Below, one piece after another: positions 63,013 to 64,000 of a DNA stretch of 64,000 bases; the stretch's first letter is position 1; every line of letters starts with the position of its first letter. Below the pieces are notes generated by a model, which ran no database searches, was not told where the DNA came from, and was given only the letters and a program-made list of their open reading frames with translations. The position numbers and the translations under genes are program-made. The DNA is taken from the NCBI GenBank assembly GCA_965224025.1, contig OZ245033.1:2176001-2240000 (forward strand). Reading direction: 5' to 3'. The DNA is from Candidatus Multivorans sp. (GTDB lineage: Bacteria > Acidobacteriota > Thermoanaerobaculia > Multivoradales > Multivoraceae).

Positions 63013-63561
63013 ATGACCATGGTTCCCCGACTCAAGACTCTCTACAAGGAGGAGGTCATCGCCAGCCTGCAGCAGGAGTTCGGCATCTCCAACCAGATGG
63101 CGGTGCCGCGGCTGGAGAAGATCGTTCTCAACATGGGCATCGGCGAAGCTATCCAGAACATCAAGATCCTGGAGAACGCCGTGCCCGAGCTGGCCCTGAT
63201 CGCCGGTCAGCGGCCGGTCATCACCCGTGCCCGCAAGTCGATCGCTGCATTCAAGTTGCGCGAGGGCATGCCGATCGGTTGCCGGGTCACGCTGCGCCGC
63301 AACCGGATGTGGCACTTCCTCGATCGCCTGGTCACCGTCGCGCTGCCGCGAGTCCGCGACTTCCGCGGCATCTCGGACCGGAGCTTCGATGGCCGGGGCA
63401 GCTACACCCTGGGTGTCCGGGACCACCTGATCTTCCCCGAAGTCGACTACTCGAAGAGCGACGGTTCCAAGGGCATCAACGTCACCCTCGTCACGTCGGC
63501 GGACTCCGACGCGCAGGCACTGCACCTGCTGCGCGGTCTCGGCATGCCGTTCGCGACCTGA
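63013..63561 (+). CDS. rplE: 50S ribosomal protein L5
   Basis: [22 protein letters not shown]. Confidence 0.98.
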   Translation: MTMVPRLKTLYKEEVIASLQQEFGISNQMAVPRLEKIVLNMGIGEAIQNIKILENAVPELALIAGQRPVITRARKSIAAFKLREGMPIGCRVTLRRNRMWHFLDRLVTVALPRVRDFRGISDRSFDGRGSYTLGVRDHLIFPEVDYSKSDGSKGINVTLVTSADSDAQALHLLRGLGMPFAT

Positions 63562-63601
63562 GTTTCTACTTTCGCGAACTCTCAACCAAGGACTGCCACC
63601 G

Positions 63602-64000
63602 ATGACCATGACCGACCCCGTCGCGGATCTGCTGACCACGATTCGTAACGCCCTGATCGTCAAGCACGACCAGACCGAGGCGCCGTTCTCGAGCCTGAAG
63701 ATCGCGTTGTGCCGCGTGCTGCGGGACCAGGGCTACATCAGCGACTACGAGGTCTACGACTCGCCGCCGGGCAGGACGCTCCGGATCTTCCTGGCCTACG
63801 ACGGCCAGGGGGTGCCGGCGATCACCAAGGTGCGGAAGATCAGCAAGCCCGGGCGTAGGGTGTACCGTGGCGCCGACGATCTGAAGCCGGTTCTGAACGG
63901 GTTGGGCGTCGCGATCCTGTCGACTTCGAAGGGTCTGCTCACGGATGCCGAAGCGCGGCGCCAGCGCGTGGGCGGCGAGGTCCTCTGTGAAGTGTACTGA
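63602..64000 (+). CDS. rpsH: 30S ribosomal protein S8
   Basis: DPVADLLTTIRN, ISKPGRRVY, STSKG, GGEVLC. Confidence 0.98.
   Translation: MTMTDPVADLLTTIRNALIVKHDQTEAPFSSLKIALCRVLRDQGYISDYEVYDSPPGRTLRIFLAYDGQGVPAITKVRKISKPGRRVYRGADDLKPVLNGLGVAILSTSKGLLTDAEARRQRVGGEVLCEVY

Overview
High-GC bacterial chromosome segment, probably Acidobacteriota (inferred from a Cys-rich insertion in RpoB and the general gene content; not verified). 1-32 kb is accessory and envelope DNA. It holds a CitE-like lyase, a sulfatase-fold lipoprotein, a promoter-driven pair (Cys-rich lipoprotein plus a giant carboxypeptidase-regulatory-repeat protein), a LolA-like/FtsX/ABC/beta-barrel cassette, and a Pho regulon in two blocks (pstSCA-B1-B2; oprO/P-phoB-phoR-phoU). 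The ~10 kb between the Pho blocks carries two atypical cytochrome P450s flanking a small secreted protein, an MpaB/Lcp-type heme oxygenase, an acyl-CoA dehydrogenase, a ceramidase-like protein, a decayed hicAB and an S9 peptidase. 32.5-64 kb is the core translation/transcription cluster (tRNA-Thr, tuf, tRNA-Trp, secE, nusG, rplKAJL, rpoBC, rpsLG, fusA, tuf, S10 and part of spc). It lacks rpmG and rpsN at their usual positions. A ~6.8 kb island sits between rpoC and rpsL. In it, a complete 2706-bp IS1595-family transporter IS (24-bp inverted repeats, 8-bp target duplication) carries a methyltransferase-endonuclease gene frameshifted at a G8 tract, and it splits a secreted multidomain metzincin gene. 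All protein family calls come from motif recognition by eye; no database searches were run.
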